From the NCBI GenBank assembly GCA_031392125.1, contig JANMUX010000043.1, positions 1 to 52,155 on the forward strand: a stretch of DNA of 52,155 nt, read 5' to 3'. Of the stretch, positions 1 through 7,236 are shown piece after piece (within the stretch, counting starts at the first letter, position 1; every line of letters begins with the position of its first letter). The notes under the pieces were generated by a model that worked only from the letters and a program-made list of their open reading frames with translations, was not told the DNA's origin and did no database searches. The position numbers were made by a program, and so were the translations under genes. The stretch is from Acidobacteriota bacterium. Lineage in GTDB: Bacteria > Acidobacteriota > Vicinamibacteria > Vicinamibacterales > UBA2999.

Positions 1-11
1 CCGCCGATGCG

Positions 12-1193
12 TTGATCGCCGCCGACCAATTGGTGGCAGCGGGAGTGGATTTCGACGCTGCCTACGCGCGGCTCAAGAAGGGTCGCCCTTACGGCGACGA
101 GAAGCGCGGCGAGTACGCGCTGCGCTGGAAGTCGAAGTCCGGTCCCTTCTTCAACAACATCGTCAATGTGCCTGCGGACTACGACCCGGCCAGGCCGTGG
201 CAACTGCGGGTGCAGTTGCACGGCGGCGTGGCCCGGCCCTCGCCGAATCCGCCTGCTCGTGGGGACAACCCTTCAGGTTTGTCCGCTTCGGGTCGCACTC
301 CCAACCGCATAGCAGGCGAGAATCAAATCTACTTGCATCCCAGTGGCTGGGCTGCCGCCCAGTGGTGGGATGAGGAGCAGATCGACAATATTCTCCGCAG
401 CGTCGACACGCTGAAGCGGAGATACAACATCGACGAGTCGCGGATTTACGTCACCGGCATTTCAGACGGCGGCACCGGCGTGTATTACATGGCGCTGAAG
501 GAGCCGAACCTGTGGTCGTCATACTTGCCGCTGAACGGCAGCATCGCCGTAATTCGCAGCTTGCAGAACGGTGCTGATGGCGAGATGTACGGCAATAACC
601 TGTCGCACGCGCCGTTCTACATCGTCAACGGCGAACACGACAACCTGTATCCCGTTTACCAGGTCGAGCCGCATATCAAATGGTTCCAGTCGCTGGGCAT
701 GCCGTTGGTGTTCCGGCCGCAGGCCGGCGCCGGTCACAACACCGCGTGGTGGCCCACCGAGCGCGAGTCCTACGAGAAATTCGTGCGCGAGCACGCGCGC
801 GTAGCGCATCCGGCCAAGGTGTCGTGGGAGACGGAGCGAACCGACAAGTTCAATCGCCACCGCTGGCTTGTAATCAACGAACTGCGCCAGGACCCGTCGC
901 GCGACACCCTGCTCAAGGACCGGGGTTTTTTTCAGCACACCAAGTTGTCGGGACGGGTGGACGTGAACAGGACGGGTAACGCCTTTGAGGCGACGGTCCG
1001 CGACGTGGCCGCCTTTACGCTGTTGCTGTCACCAGACGCAGTGGATTTCGCTAAGCCTGTCACGGTGACCGTGAATGGCAAGCCGGCGTTTACCGGCATG
1101 GTCAAGAAAGATCCGGCGACGCTGCTGCGGTGGTCGGCGCGCGACAATGATCGAACCGCGCTGTACGGCGCAGAAATAAGGATTACTCCATGA
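12..1193 (+). CDS. alpha/beta-fold esterase or peptidase (PHB-depolymerase/dienelactone-hydrolase-like), possibly 5'-partial
   Basis: Long ORF with a nucleophile-elbow-like 'TGISDGGTG', an 'VQLHGG' oxyanion-type motif and a C-terminal 'GAGHNTAWW' His. The frame is open to the window edge and the listed start is TTG, so the true N-terminus and signal peptide may lie upstream. ATGA overlap with the next gene. Confidence 0.6.
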   Translation: MIAADQLVAAGVDFDAAYARLKKGRPYGDEKRGEYALRWKSKSGPFFNNIVNVPADYDPARPWQLRVQLHGGVARPSPNPPARGDNPSGLSASGRTPNRIAGENQIYLHPSGWAAAQWWDEEQIDNILRSVDTLKRRYNIDESRIYVTGISDGGTGVYYMALKEPNLWSSYLPLNGSIAVIRSLQNGADGEMYGNNLSHAPFYIVNGEHDNLYPVYQVEPHIKWFQSLGMPLVFRPQAGAGHNTAWWPTERESYEKFVREHARVAHPAKVSWETERTDKFNRHRWLVINELRQDPSRDTLLKDRGFFQHTKLSGRVDVNRTGNAFEATVRDVAAFTLLLSPDAVDFAKPVTVTVNGKPAFTGMVKKDPATLLRWSARDNDRTALYGAEIRITP

Positions 1194-2011
1194 ACCCGGT
1201 CCTCTGGCTCACGGCGGCCGCGGTGCTCGCCACGACTGTCGGCGCGAGCGCCCAACGCCGGCCGTTCGACCTCACCACGCCGCGGCCCATTCCTGCCGCC
1301 GACAAGGTCTGGATCGAAGAGCTGACCTGGATGGAAGTGCGCGATGCGATGGCGGCAGGCAAGACCACCGCGATCGTGGTTGCCGGCAGCACCGAGCAGA
1401 ACGGCCCCTACGTGCCGACCGGCAAGCACGTGTTCGTGCTGCGGGCGACCGCCGAGGCAATTGCCCGCAAGCTCGGCACGGCGCTCGTCGCGCCGGCGAT
1501 TCCGTTCGAACCGGGCAACTTCTCGACTACGCCCGGCACGATCCAGGTGCGCGAGACCACCTACGACGCACTGGTGGAAGACCAGGCAGAGAGCCTCAAG
1601 GCCAACGGCTTCAAGCACATCGTCCTGATTGGCGACAGCGGCGGCAACCAGCGCGGCCTCGAGCGGGTTGCCAAGAAGCTGTCGGCTGCCTGGGCTACCG
1701 GCGACACGACGATTCACTACATCAAGGAGTACTACGACAGCTGGGTCGCGGCCGATGGCGCGTGGGACTCGCTGGGCGTGCCGAAGACGAAAGATGAAGG
1801 GATTCACGACGACTACAGCGTGAACAGCATCATCGCCACCGTCGATCCCGAGAAGATCCGGTTCAAGCAGCGACAGGAGACAGGCAAAGCCTCGATCAAC
1901 GGCCAGACCCTGCTGCCGCTTGAAACCACCATCGCCAACGGCCGGAAGCTGGTTGAGATCCGCGCCAACATTACCGTCGAGGCGATCAGGAAAGCGCTCG
2001 GCGCGAGGTAG
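1190..2011 (+). CDS. creatininase-family amidohydrolase with N-terminal signal peptide
   Basis: 'VVAGSTEQNGPYVPTGKH' and 'VLIGDSGGNQ' resemble the creatininase-family metal-binding motifs (GSxEQHGPHLP / GHGGN). N-terminus 'MNPVLWLTAAAVLATTVGASAQ' looks like a signal peptide. Start overlaps the upstream stop (ATGA). Confidence 0.7.
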   Translation: MNPVLWLTAAAVLATTVGASAQRRPFDLTTPRPIPAADKVWIEELTWMEVRDAMAAGKTTAIVVAGSTEQNGPYVPTGKHVFVLRATAEAIARKLGTALVAPAIPFEPGNFSTTPGTIQVRETTYDALVEDQAESLKANGFKHIVLIGDSGGNQRGLERVAKKLSAAWATGDTTIHYIKEYYDSWVAADGAWDSLGVPKTKDEGIHDDYSVNSIIATVDPEKIRFKQRQETGKASINGQTLLPLETTIANGRKLVEIRANITVEAIRKALGAR

Positions 2012-2018
2012 GCGCTCG

Positions 2019-2576
2019 GTGAAGGCGACCTTTTTCGCGACGCCCGCCGCGTTTCGCGCGTGGCTCAAGAAACATCACAAGACCGAGCCTGAATTGCTGG
2101 TCGGCCTCTACAAGAAGGGCAGCGGCAAGCCGAGCATGACCTGGTCCGAGTCGGTGGACGAGGCGCTGTGCGTAGGGTGGATCGACGGCGTGACCCGCCG
2201 GCTCGACGACGAGGCCTATGCGATCCGCTTCACCCCACGGAGGCGCGGCAGCATCTGGAGCGCGGTGAACATTCGCAAGGTTGCGGAGCTGACCAGGCAA
2301 GGCCGCATGCGGCCTGCCGGGGTGGCGGCATTCGCCATGCGCACGGCGGATAAGTCGATGGTCTACTCATACGAGCAGAAGGAGGCTCCGGTCCTTGACG
2401 CCAAGTATGAGAAAACGTTCCGTTCGAACAAGGCGGCGTGGCAGTTCTTCGAACTGCAAGCCAATTGGTACCGCCGGAACATGATCCGCTGGGTGATGAC
2501 AGCCAAGGCCGAGACGACGCGGGTCCGGCGTCTTTTGCAGTTGATCACCGCGTCGGCTGAGGGGCGCCGCCTGTAA
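2019..2576 (+). CDS. YdeI/OmpD-associated family protein
   Basis: 'ATFFATPAAFRAWLKKHH...LLVGLYKKGSGKPSMTWSESVDEALCVGWIDG...FTPRRRGSIWSAVN' matches the YdeI-type family as I recall it. I prefer the in-frame GTG at 2019, just after the upstream stop, to the ORF-track start at 1920, which overlaps the creatininase gene. Confidence 0.7.
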   Translation: MKATFFATPAAFRAWLKKHHKTEPELLVGLYKKGSGKPSMTWSESVDEALCVGWIDGVTRRLDDEAYAIRFTPRRRGSIWSAVNIRKVAELTRQGRMRPAGVAAFAMRTADKSMVYSYEQKEAPVLDAKYEKTFRSNKAAWQFFELQANWYRRNMIRWVMTAKAETTRVRRLLQLITASAEGRRL

Positions 2577-2605
2577 GGGCAGGCCGTGCGGCACGTGCAT
2601 GACCG

Positions 2606-2632
2606 CCAGGAGGGCGGCACTTTAGTGCCGCC
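2606..2632. repeat. REP-like hairpin, left copy
   Basis: GGCGGCAC-TTTA-GTGCCGCC palindrome preceded by CCAGGAG. Exact inverted partner at 3175-3201. Confidence 0.85.
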
Positions 2633-2692
2633 GATCACCGTGCCGCCGATCACCGTGCCGCCGATCACCGTGCCGCCGATCACCGTGCCGCA
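2633..2692. repeat. 15-bp tandem repeat x4 (GATCACCGTGCCGCC)
   Basis: Four head-to-tail units at 2633, 2648, 2663 and 2678 (the last unit ends in A). Together with 2625-2632 this gives five copies of the hairpin half-site GTGCCGCC at 15-bp spacing. Confidence 0.95.
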
Positions 2693-2720
2693 GGCACCGC
2701 GATTGCAGTCTCTGCCGGCC

Positions 2721-3185
2721 ATGGCCAGGCCACCACGTCTCGATCGCATTTCTTACAACGGCCGTTCGACGTACTTGGTCACGACAATCACACGCGATCG
2801 CGTGAAAGCGTTTAACGACATTGATTTCGGACGATTTGCCGAAGACCGGATAATAGACCTCGCCGACATTACAGGATTTGCGATTCCTGCGTACTGCCTG
2901 ATGCCGGACCACGCGCACATGGTTGCAACCGGCCTCTTGTCGGATTCCGACCTCAACCGGTTCGTGAGCAAATGGAAACAGGCCACCGGGTACGCCTGGA
3001 GTCGCCTCGGCCACGGACGCCTGTGGCAACCCGGCTACTGGGAAAGACGCGCGCGGTTCGACGAGCCCGTGGACGCGATGGTGCGATATGTCATCGAGAA
3101 TCCGGTTCGCGCCAACCTCGTTGAGGAGGCGTTGCTTTATCCCCTGACGGGATCGACCACTGGCGAGCGGCGTTGGCGGCACTAA
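2721..3185 (+). CDS. REP-associated tyrosine transposase (RAYT; IS200/IS605-type Y1 HUH transposase family)
   Basis: 'STYLVTTITRDR', HUH motif in 'YCLMPDHAHMVATG', 'LWQPGYWERR' and the catalytic-Tyr region 'RYVIENPVRANLV'. ATG at 2721 ('MARPPRLDR') is a typical RAYT start. The ORF-track start at 2586 would add a (PPITV)n peptide encoded by the tandem repeat. The TAA stop (3183-3185) lies in the loop of the right hairpin. Confidence 0.8.
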   Translation: MARPPRLDRISYNGRSTYLVTTITRDRVKAFNDIDFGRFAEDRIIDLADITGFAIPAYCLMPDHAHMVATGLLSDSDLNRFVSKWKQATGYAWSRLGHGRLWQPGYWERRARFDEPVDAMVRYVIENPVRANLVEEALLYPLTGSTTGERRWRH

Positions 3186-3201
3186 AGTGCCGCCCTCCTG
3201 G
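3175..3201. repeat. REP-like hairpin, right copy
   Basis: GGCGGCACTAAAGTGCCGCCCTCCTGG, the exact reverse complement of 2606-2632. Confidence 0.85.
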
Positions 3202-3232
3202 CATGCTCGCCGACGGTGCCGCCCTCCTGGCA
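3187..3232. repeat. 17-nt direct repeat GTGCCGCCCTCCTGGCA (2 copies, 29-bp period)
   Basis: Copies at 3187-3203 and 3216-3232. The second is a hairpin-less partial copy of the REP right end. Confidence 0.8.
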
Positions 3233-3266
3233 CGCTTGCCTACGGGGCCGCGCCCCGCACGCACGC

Positions 3267-4667
3267 CTACGATGCCCTCCTTCTGGCGCCTCTTGTCATC
3301 AACACCACGAGGAACCCAATGGCGCTGGCCATCAGGCCCCACAGGCTCGGGTCCCACCATCCCTGGCGGCTCGTGCCGAAGTGCACGGCCAGCAGTGTGG
3401 TCACACCGCAGACAATCGCCGCGATCGCCTCGCGGGATCCCGCGCGCGGCCAGAGCAGCGCGCCGGCCACGGGAACAAACAGCGTGGCGCTCAACAACGA
3501 ATAGAAGATTCTCAACGCATCGATGATGGTTGCCAGTTGCAGGGCGAGGATCATGCCCAGCACGCCGCCGATCAAGGCGGCGGCGCGGGCGACGCGCAGC
3601 ATCTGCTCCGGCGACGCGGCGGGATTGATGAACCGCTGATAGAGATCGCGCGACGAGGAAGTCGACACCATGAAGAGGATGGCGTCGCAGGTGCTGACTT
3701 CGGCGGAAAAGATAGCGGCCAGCCCGAGGGCGCCGATCCATACCGGTAACTCGTTCAGCACTACCGTGGGCAGCACGACGTTGGCGCTGGCGATGTCGGG
3801 GTAGTTGACGCGCGCAGCCATGCCCAGCAGAACCGGTAAAAACGAGAACAAGATCTGCGCGCCGGCGGCGAGCCCCAGCCCGATACGCACGGTACGGGCA
3901 TCGATCGCGCCGTAGGCCTTTTGGACCAGGCCAGGCGAAATAATGAAGCCGGGTGTCAGTAGAATCAGCAACGTCCAGCCGGATGAAACACCGGCGGAGT
4001 ACATCGGATCCCAGAACGTGGCGGGCACGCCTGGTGCGGCCGCGATTGCATCGAGACCACCTACTTTTGCCAGCACCATCGGCACGGCGATCAAGAACCC
4101 GCCCAGCAGTACGACCAGCTGCAGCGCGTTGACCCATGCCGAACTGAGCAGCCCACCCGCCGTGAAGTACACGGTCATGGCGATGCCGCCAATGGCGACG
4201 CCCTGCCAGCGCGGCAGGCCGGCCACGACCTCGAGGACCGCGGCGCCGGCAATCAACTGCGCCGCGAGAATCGCCAACGCGCCCACCGAGATCAGCACGG
4301 CCACCAGGCCGCGCACCGTGGCGCCATAGCGGTCTTCCAGGAAATCGCCGACCGTGAAATGACCACGCGCGGACGCCAGCGCCCACAGCTTCGGGCCCAC
4401 CCACAGCGCCAGCACCAGCGTGCCGATGCCTACCGCGCCGTTCCACCACAGCGCACTAATGCCGTCGCGATAGGCGAGTCCTGCTGCGCCGACGGTCGTG
4501 CCCGCGCCGATGTTCGCGGCGAGTACCGTGCCGCCGACGAGCGGCCAGGTCAGGCTGCGGCCCGCCACGAAGAAATCTGCCGGCACCTTCACGCGGCGGC
4601 CGACCCACACACCAAAGGCGGTGAGGCCGATCGTGTAGACGAGCAGGAAGATGAGTGCGACGTTCAC
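3267..4667 (-). CDS. sodium:solute symporter (SSF) family transporter
   Basis: Polytopic membrane protein. N-terminus 'FFVAGRSLTWPLVGGTVLAANIGAGTTVGAAGLAY' is the typical SSF signature region. GTGA overlap with the upstream peptidase gene. Confidence 0.8.
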   Translation of the reverse strand: MNVALIFLLVYTIGLTAFGVWVGRRVKVPADFFVAGRSLTWPLVGGTVLAANIGAGTTVGAAGLAYRDGISALWWNGAVGIGTLVLALWVGPKLWALASARGHFTVGDFLEDRYGATVRGLVAVLISVGALAILAAQLIAGAAVLEVVAGLPRWQGVAIGGIAMTVYFTAGGLLSSAWVNALQLVVLLGGFLIAVPMVLAKVGGLDAIAAAPGVPATFWDPMYSAGVSSGWTLLILLTPGFIISPGLVQKAYGAIDARTVRIGLGLAAGAQILFSFLPVLLGMAARVNYPDIASANVVLPTVVLNELPVWIGALGLAAIFSAEVSTCDAILFMVSTSSSRDLYQRFINPAASPEQMLRVARAAALIGGVLGMILALQLATIIDALRIFYSLLSATLFVPVAGALLWPRAGSREAIAAIVCGVTTLLAVHFGTSRQGWWDPSLWGLMASAIGFLVVLMTRGARRRAS

Positions 4668-5707
4668 GGCCGTCGCAGGTCGCGAATGGCGGGATAGCCG
4701 GGCACGCCAGTGGCTTCGCGGACGGCCCGCAGGATCGCGTCGGCCATCATCTCGGCGCCAAGTGCGCCGATGACGGTCATGTTGACCTCACCGGCATGCG
4801 AGCCGGTGCCGAAGGCAAACACGATGTCGCCGTCGTTCATGGTGTGGGCGGGGACGATGGCTCGCGCGAAACCGTCGTGGGCCATGTCGGCGACCTTGCG
4901 GGCCTGCGCCTTGGTCAGCCGCGCGTTGGTCGCGATCAGCCCGAGCGTGGTGTTCTCGGCGGGGCGCGGTTGGGCGACCTTGCCACCACTGCGAAGAATG
5001 ACGCGCGCGTCCAGGAAGGTCTTGCCATCGGCGGCGAGCGCCCCGGCGACAACGCGGCCGGTGGCGGGATCGATGACGTCGCCTGCCGCATTCACCGCCA
5101 CCAGTGCCGCAACCGTCAGTCCGCTCGCGAGCGTAATGGACGCGGTGCCGATTCCGCCTTTCATCGGCTTGCCGCCTCCGCCGAACTTGCCGACGGTTGC
5201 ACCGGCGCCAGCGCCGACACTGCCCTCGGCAACCGCGCCCGTGGCGGCCGCCTTGGCGGCGGCGTAGCCGCAGGCGCCATCGGGTCGAATCAGCGGCTTA
5301 CCCCCGACCGGTAAATCAAATAGCACCGCACCGGGGACGATCGGCACATACGCGCCGCCGAACGGGAAGCCAATTTTCTGCTCTTCGAGATACTTCATCA
5401 CGCCCGAGGCGACATCGAGGCCGAACGCACTGCCGCCCGAGAACGCAATCGCATGGATCTGTTCGACCAGGTTCGACGGATCGAGCAGATCGGTTTCTCG
5501 GGTACCCGGCGCAGAGCCGCGCACGGAGACGCCGGCGGTCGCGCCCTTCTCGACGAGAATCACGGTGCAGCCCGTGGGCCGGTCCGCGAGGGTCACGTGG
5601 CCCACCTTCACGCCGTCCACCGCGGTGATGCCATGCGGCCGGGTCTGCGCCGAGGGCATCGACAGCGTTCCCCCCGCCACGGCAAGGGCGAGCAACAAGC
5701 GGGTCAT
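4664..5707 (-). CDS. P1/S58 (DmpA-type) family aminopeptidase, secreted
   Basis: From the in-frame ATG at 5707: 'MTRLLLALAVAGGTLSMPSAQ' signal peptide, then 'GITAVDGVKVGHVTL...TGCTVIL...GSAPGTRETDLL...AFSGGSAFGLD...NTTLGLIATNA', typical of DmpA/peptidase-S58 proteins. The upstream part of the 545-aa ORF overlaps a plus-strand gene and is low-complexity. Confidence 0.75.
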   Translation of the reverse strand: MTRLLLALAVAGGTLSMPSAQTRPHGITAVDGVKVGHVTLADRPTGCTVILVEKGATAGVSVRGSAPGTRETDLLDPSNLVEQIHAIAFSGGSAFGLDVASGVMKYLEEQKIGFPFGGAYVPIVPGAVLFDLPVGGKPLIRPDGACGYAAAKAAATGAVAEGSVGAGAGATVGKFGGGGKPMKGGIGTASITLASGLTVAALVAVNAAGDVIDPATGRVVAGALAADGKTFLDARVILRSGGKVAQPRPAENTTLGLIATNARLTKAQARKVADMAHDGFARAIVPAHTMNDGDIVFAFGTGSHAGEVNMTVIGALGAEMMADAILRAVREATGVPGYPAIRDLRRP

Positions 5708-5771
5708 GGCGTCAGGATACACCGGCAAGAACGTGGTAGCCGTGGCTTCCCCAGAGGCGGTATCAACGTTC

Positions 5772-6353
5772 ATGCTGATTGCCGTTGCCTTGCTCCTCGC
5801 CGTCCTGCCCTGGTCATTAACGCTGCCACAGGCTCCGGCCGTGCCCGCGGCACCGCCGCCCAAGCCGTTCGATTGCAGCGCGCCGGAACACCGGCAGTTC
5901 GACTTCTGGATCGGCGACTGGGACGTAGTGCCCAACCCAGCGTCGATTCCGCCCGCCACGCCGCCGCCCCCGACCGGACAGCAACCGGGCCGGAATGTCG
6001 TGGAGAAGGCGCACAGCGGCTGCGTCCTGATCGAGAATTGGAGCACGACCGGGCAGACGGGCCAGAGCTTCAACCTGTATGACCGCACCAGCAGGCGCTG
6101 GCACCAAACCTGGGTCGACAGCGGCGGCGGCCGGCACGAATACTGGGGGGAACTGAAGGACGGCAACATGGTGTTCTCGGGAGAGATCCCGCTCGGCCCG
6201 GGATCACGCTTCGCGGGACGCCGCGTGGTCCGCCTGACCTTCTTTCCGCTCGGGCCCGACAAGGTGCGCCAGTTCCTGGAGGCGCTTAATATGGATGGCA
6301 CGTGGAGCGCCGGCTACGACTTCATCTACACCCGCCGCGCGCGGCCGAAGTGA
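5772..6353 (+). CDS. secreted hypothetical protein (DUF1579-like 'FDFWIGDWDV' family)
   Basis: ATG at 5772 gives a hydrophobic N-terminus 'MLIAVALLLAVLPWSL'. 'FDFWIGDWDV...ENWS...WHQTWVDS' recalls small lipocalin-like DUF1579-type proteins. This assignment is tentative. Confidence 0.5.
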   Translation: MLIAVALLLAVLPWSLTLPQAPAVPAAPPPKPFDCSAPEHRQFDFWIGDWDVVPNPASIPPATPPPPTGQQPGRNVVEKAHSGCVLIENWSTTGQTGQSFNLYDRTSRRWHQTWVDSGGGRHEYWGELKDGNMVFSGEIPLGPGSRFAGRRVVRLTFFPLGPDKVRQFLEALNMDGTWSAGYDFIYTRRARPK

Positions 6354-7222
6354 CGATTACCGCCGAAAGCCCGCGCCACCACATCGACGTCGTGGTGTTC
6401 TCGTCGCCGTTGATGCAGATTGGCCGCTGGCGCTGCCCGGCCGATCATCCGCATTTTCCCGACTCTGGTCCCGCGTCCGACGCGCTGTTCGTCTTCCCGC
6501 GGCAGAGCGTCTGGATTCAACACGCCGGTGGCCGGCCGTTCGTAGCCGATGCGAACACCGTGACCTATTACAACAAGGGTCAGCGCTATCGACGGCAGCA
6601 ACTGAGCGAGCTCGGCGACCATGGGGAGTGGTACGCCGTGTCGCCGGACGCCATTACGGAAACGCTGGCGGCGCACGAACCGGCGGCGATCGATCGTCCC
6701 GACGTGCCGTTCAAGTTCACGCATGGCCCGAGCGATGCCGACAGCTACCTGCGCCAGCGGATGGTGTTCGAGCACGTCAGCCGCGAGGCCGCGCCCGATC
6801 AGCTGTTCGTGGAGGAAGCGGTGTTGTCGGTGTTGGCGGCCGTGACGCGACTGGCATATCACCGCGATGGTCAGCCTGCGGTGAGGCTTCGTCGCAACCG
6901 CGGCGATGTTGATGCGGTCGAGGCCGCGCGCGACCTGATTGCCCGCCGCTTCCAGCACAACCTGTCGCTGTCGGACATCGCCCGCGAAGTGGCGACGTCG
7001 GTCTTCCACTTGTCGCGCATCTTTCACGCCCGGACCGGGTTTTCTCTGCACGCGTATCGCAACCAGTTGCGGCTGCGCGCCGCACTTGAACGGCTGGCCG
7101 AGCGTGACGTCGACTTGACCGGCATCGCGCTCGACTTGGGGTTCTCCAGTCACAGCCACTTCACCGAGACGTTCCGGCGGACGTTCGGACGCACGCCGTC
7201 GGCGGTGAGGCGGCGTCTGTAG
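6350..7222 (+). CDS. AraC-family transcriptional regulator
   Basis: C-terminal double HTH 'LSLSDIAREVATSVFHLSRIFHARTGFSLHAYRNQLRLRAAL...LDLGFSSHSHFTETFRRTFGRTPSAVRR'. GTG at 6350 overlaps the upstream stop (GTGA). Start is uncertain (alternative ATG at 'MQIGRW'). Confidence 0.8.
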   Translation: MTITAESPRHHIDVVVFSSPLMQIGRWRCPADHPHFPDSGPASDALFVFPRQSVWIQHAGGRPFVADANTVTYYNKGQRYRRQQLSELGDHGEWYAVSPDAITETLAAHEPAAIDRPDVPFKFTHGPSDADSYLRQRMVFEHVSREAAPDQLFVEEAVLSVLAAVTRLAYHRDGQPAVRLRRNRGDVDAVEAARDLIARRFQHNLSLSDIAREVATSVFHLSRIFHARTGFSLHAYRNQLRLRAALERLAERDVDLTGIALDLGFSSHSHFTETFRRTFGRTPSAVRRRL

Positions 7223-7236
7223 ATGGGGTCAGACCT

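Larger units (their letters stand above)
2606..3201 (+). mobile_element. REP/RAYT-like unit: Y1 (HUH) transposase gene flanked by perfect 27-bp inverted hairpin repeats
   Basis: Left end 2606-2632 CCAGGAGGGCGGCACTTTAGTGCCGCC. Right end 3175-3201 is its exact reverse complement. Each end contains an 8-bp stem GGCGGCAC/GTGCCGCC with a 4-nt loop. Confidence 0.75.

Noticed and set aside
932-2068. 378-aa antisense ORF spanning the esterase and creatininase genes
   Set aside because: Shadow ORF opposite two homology-supported genes. Composition is Arg/Ala/Gly-rich and no motif is recognisable.
2633-2692. Possible CRISPR-like array
   Set aside because: The units are 15 bp and directly abutting with no spacers, and no cas genes are present. 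It is a simple tandem repeat.
2586-2720. N-terminal extension of the transposase ORF encoding (PPITV)4
   Set aside because: It is simply the in-frame translation of the 15-bp DNA tandem repeat and REP hairpin. RAYTs normally begin near 'M.RP.R', which fits the ATG at 2721.
3091-4449. 452-aa minus-strand ORF (with nested ORFs 3216-3749 and 3943-4329) overlapping the symporter gene
   Set aside because: Its Arg/Gly/Ala/Pro-rich low-complexity translation is typical of off-frame reading in high-GC DNA. The same interval encodes a convincing SSF transporter in another frame.
5708-6301. Upstream 198 codons of the 545-aa ORF containing the DmpA-like peptidase
   Set aside because: The region overlaps the plus-strand gene 5772-6353 and is low-complexity. 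A signal peptide begins at the internal ATG (5707).
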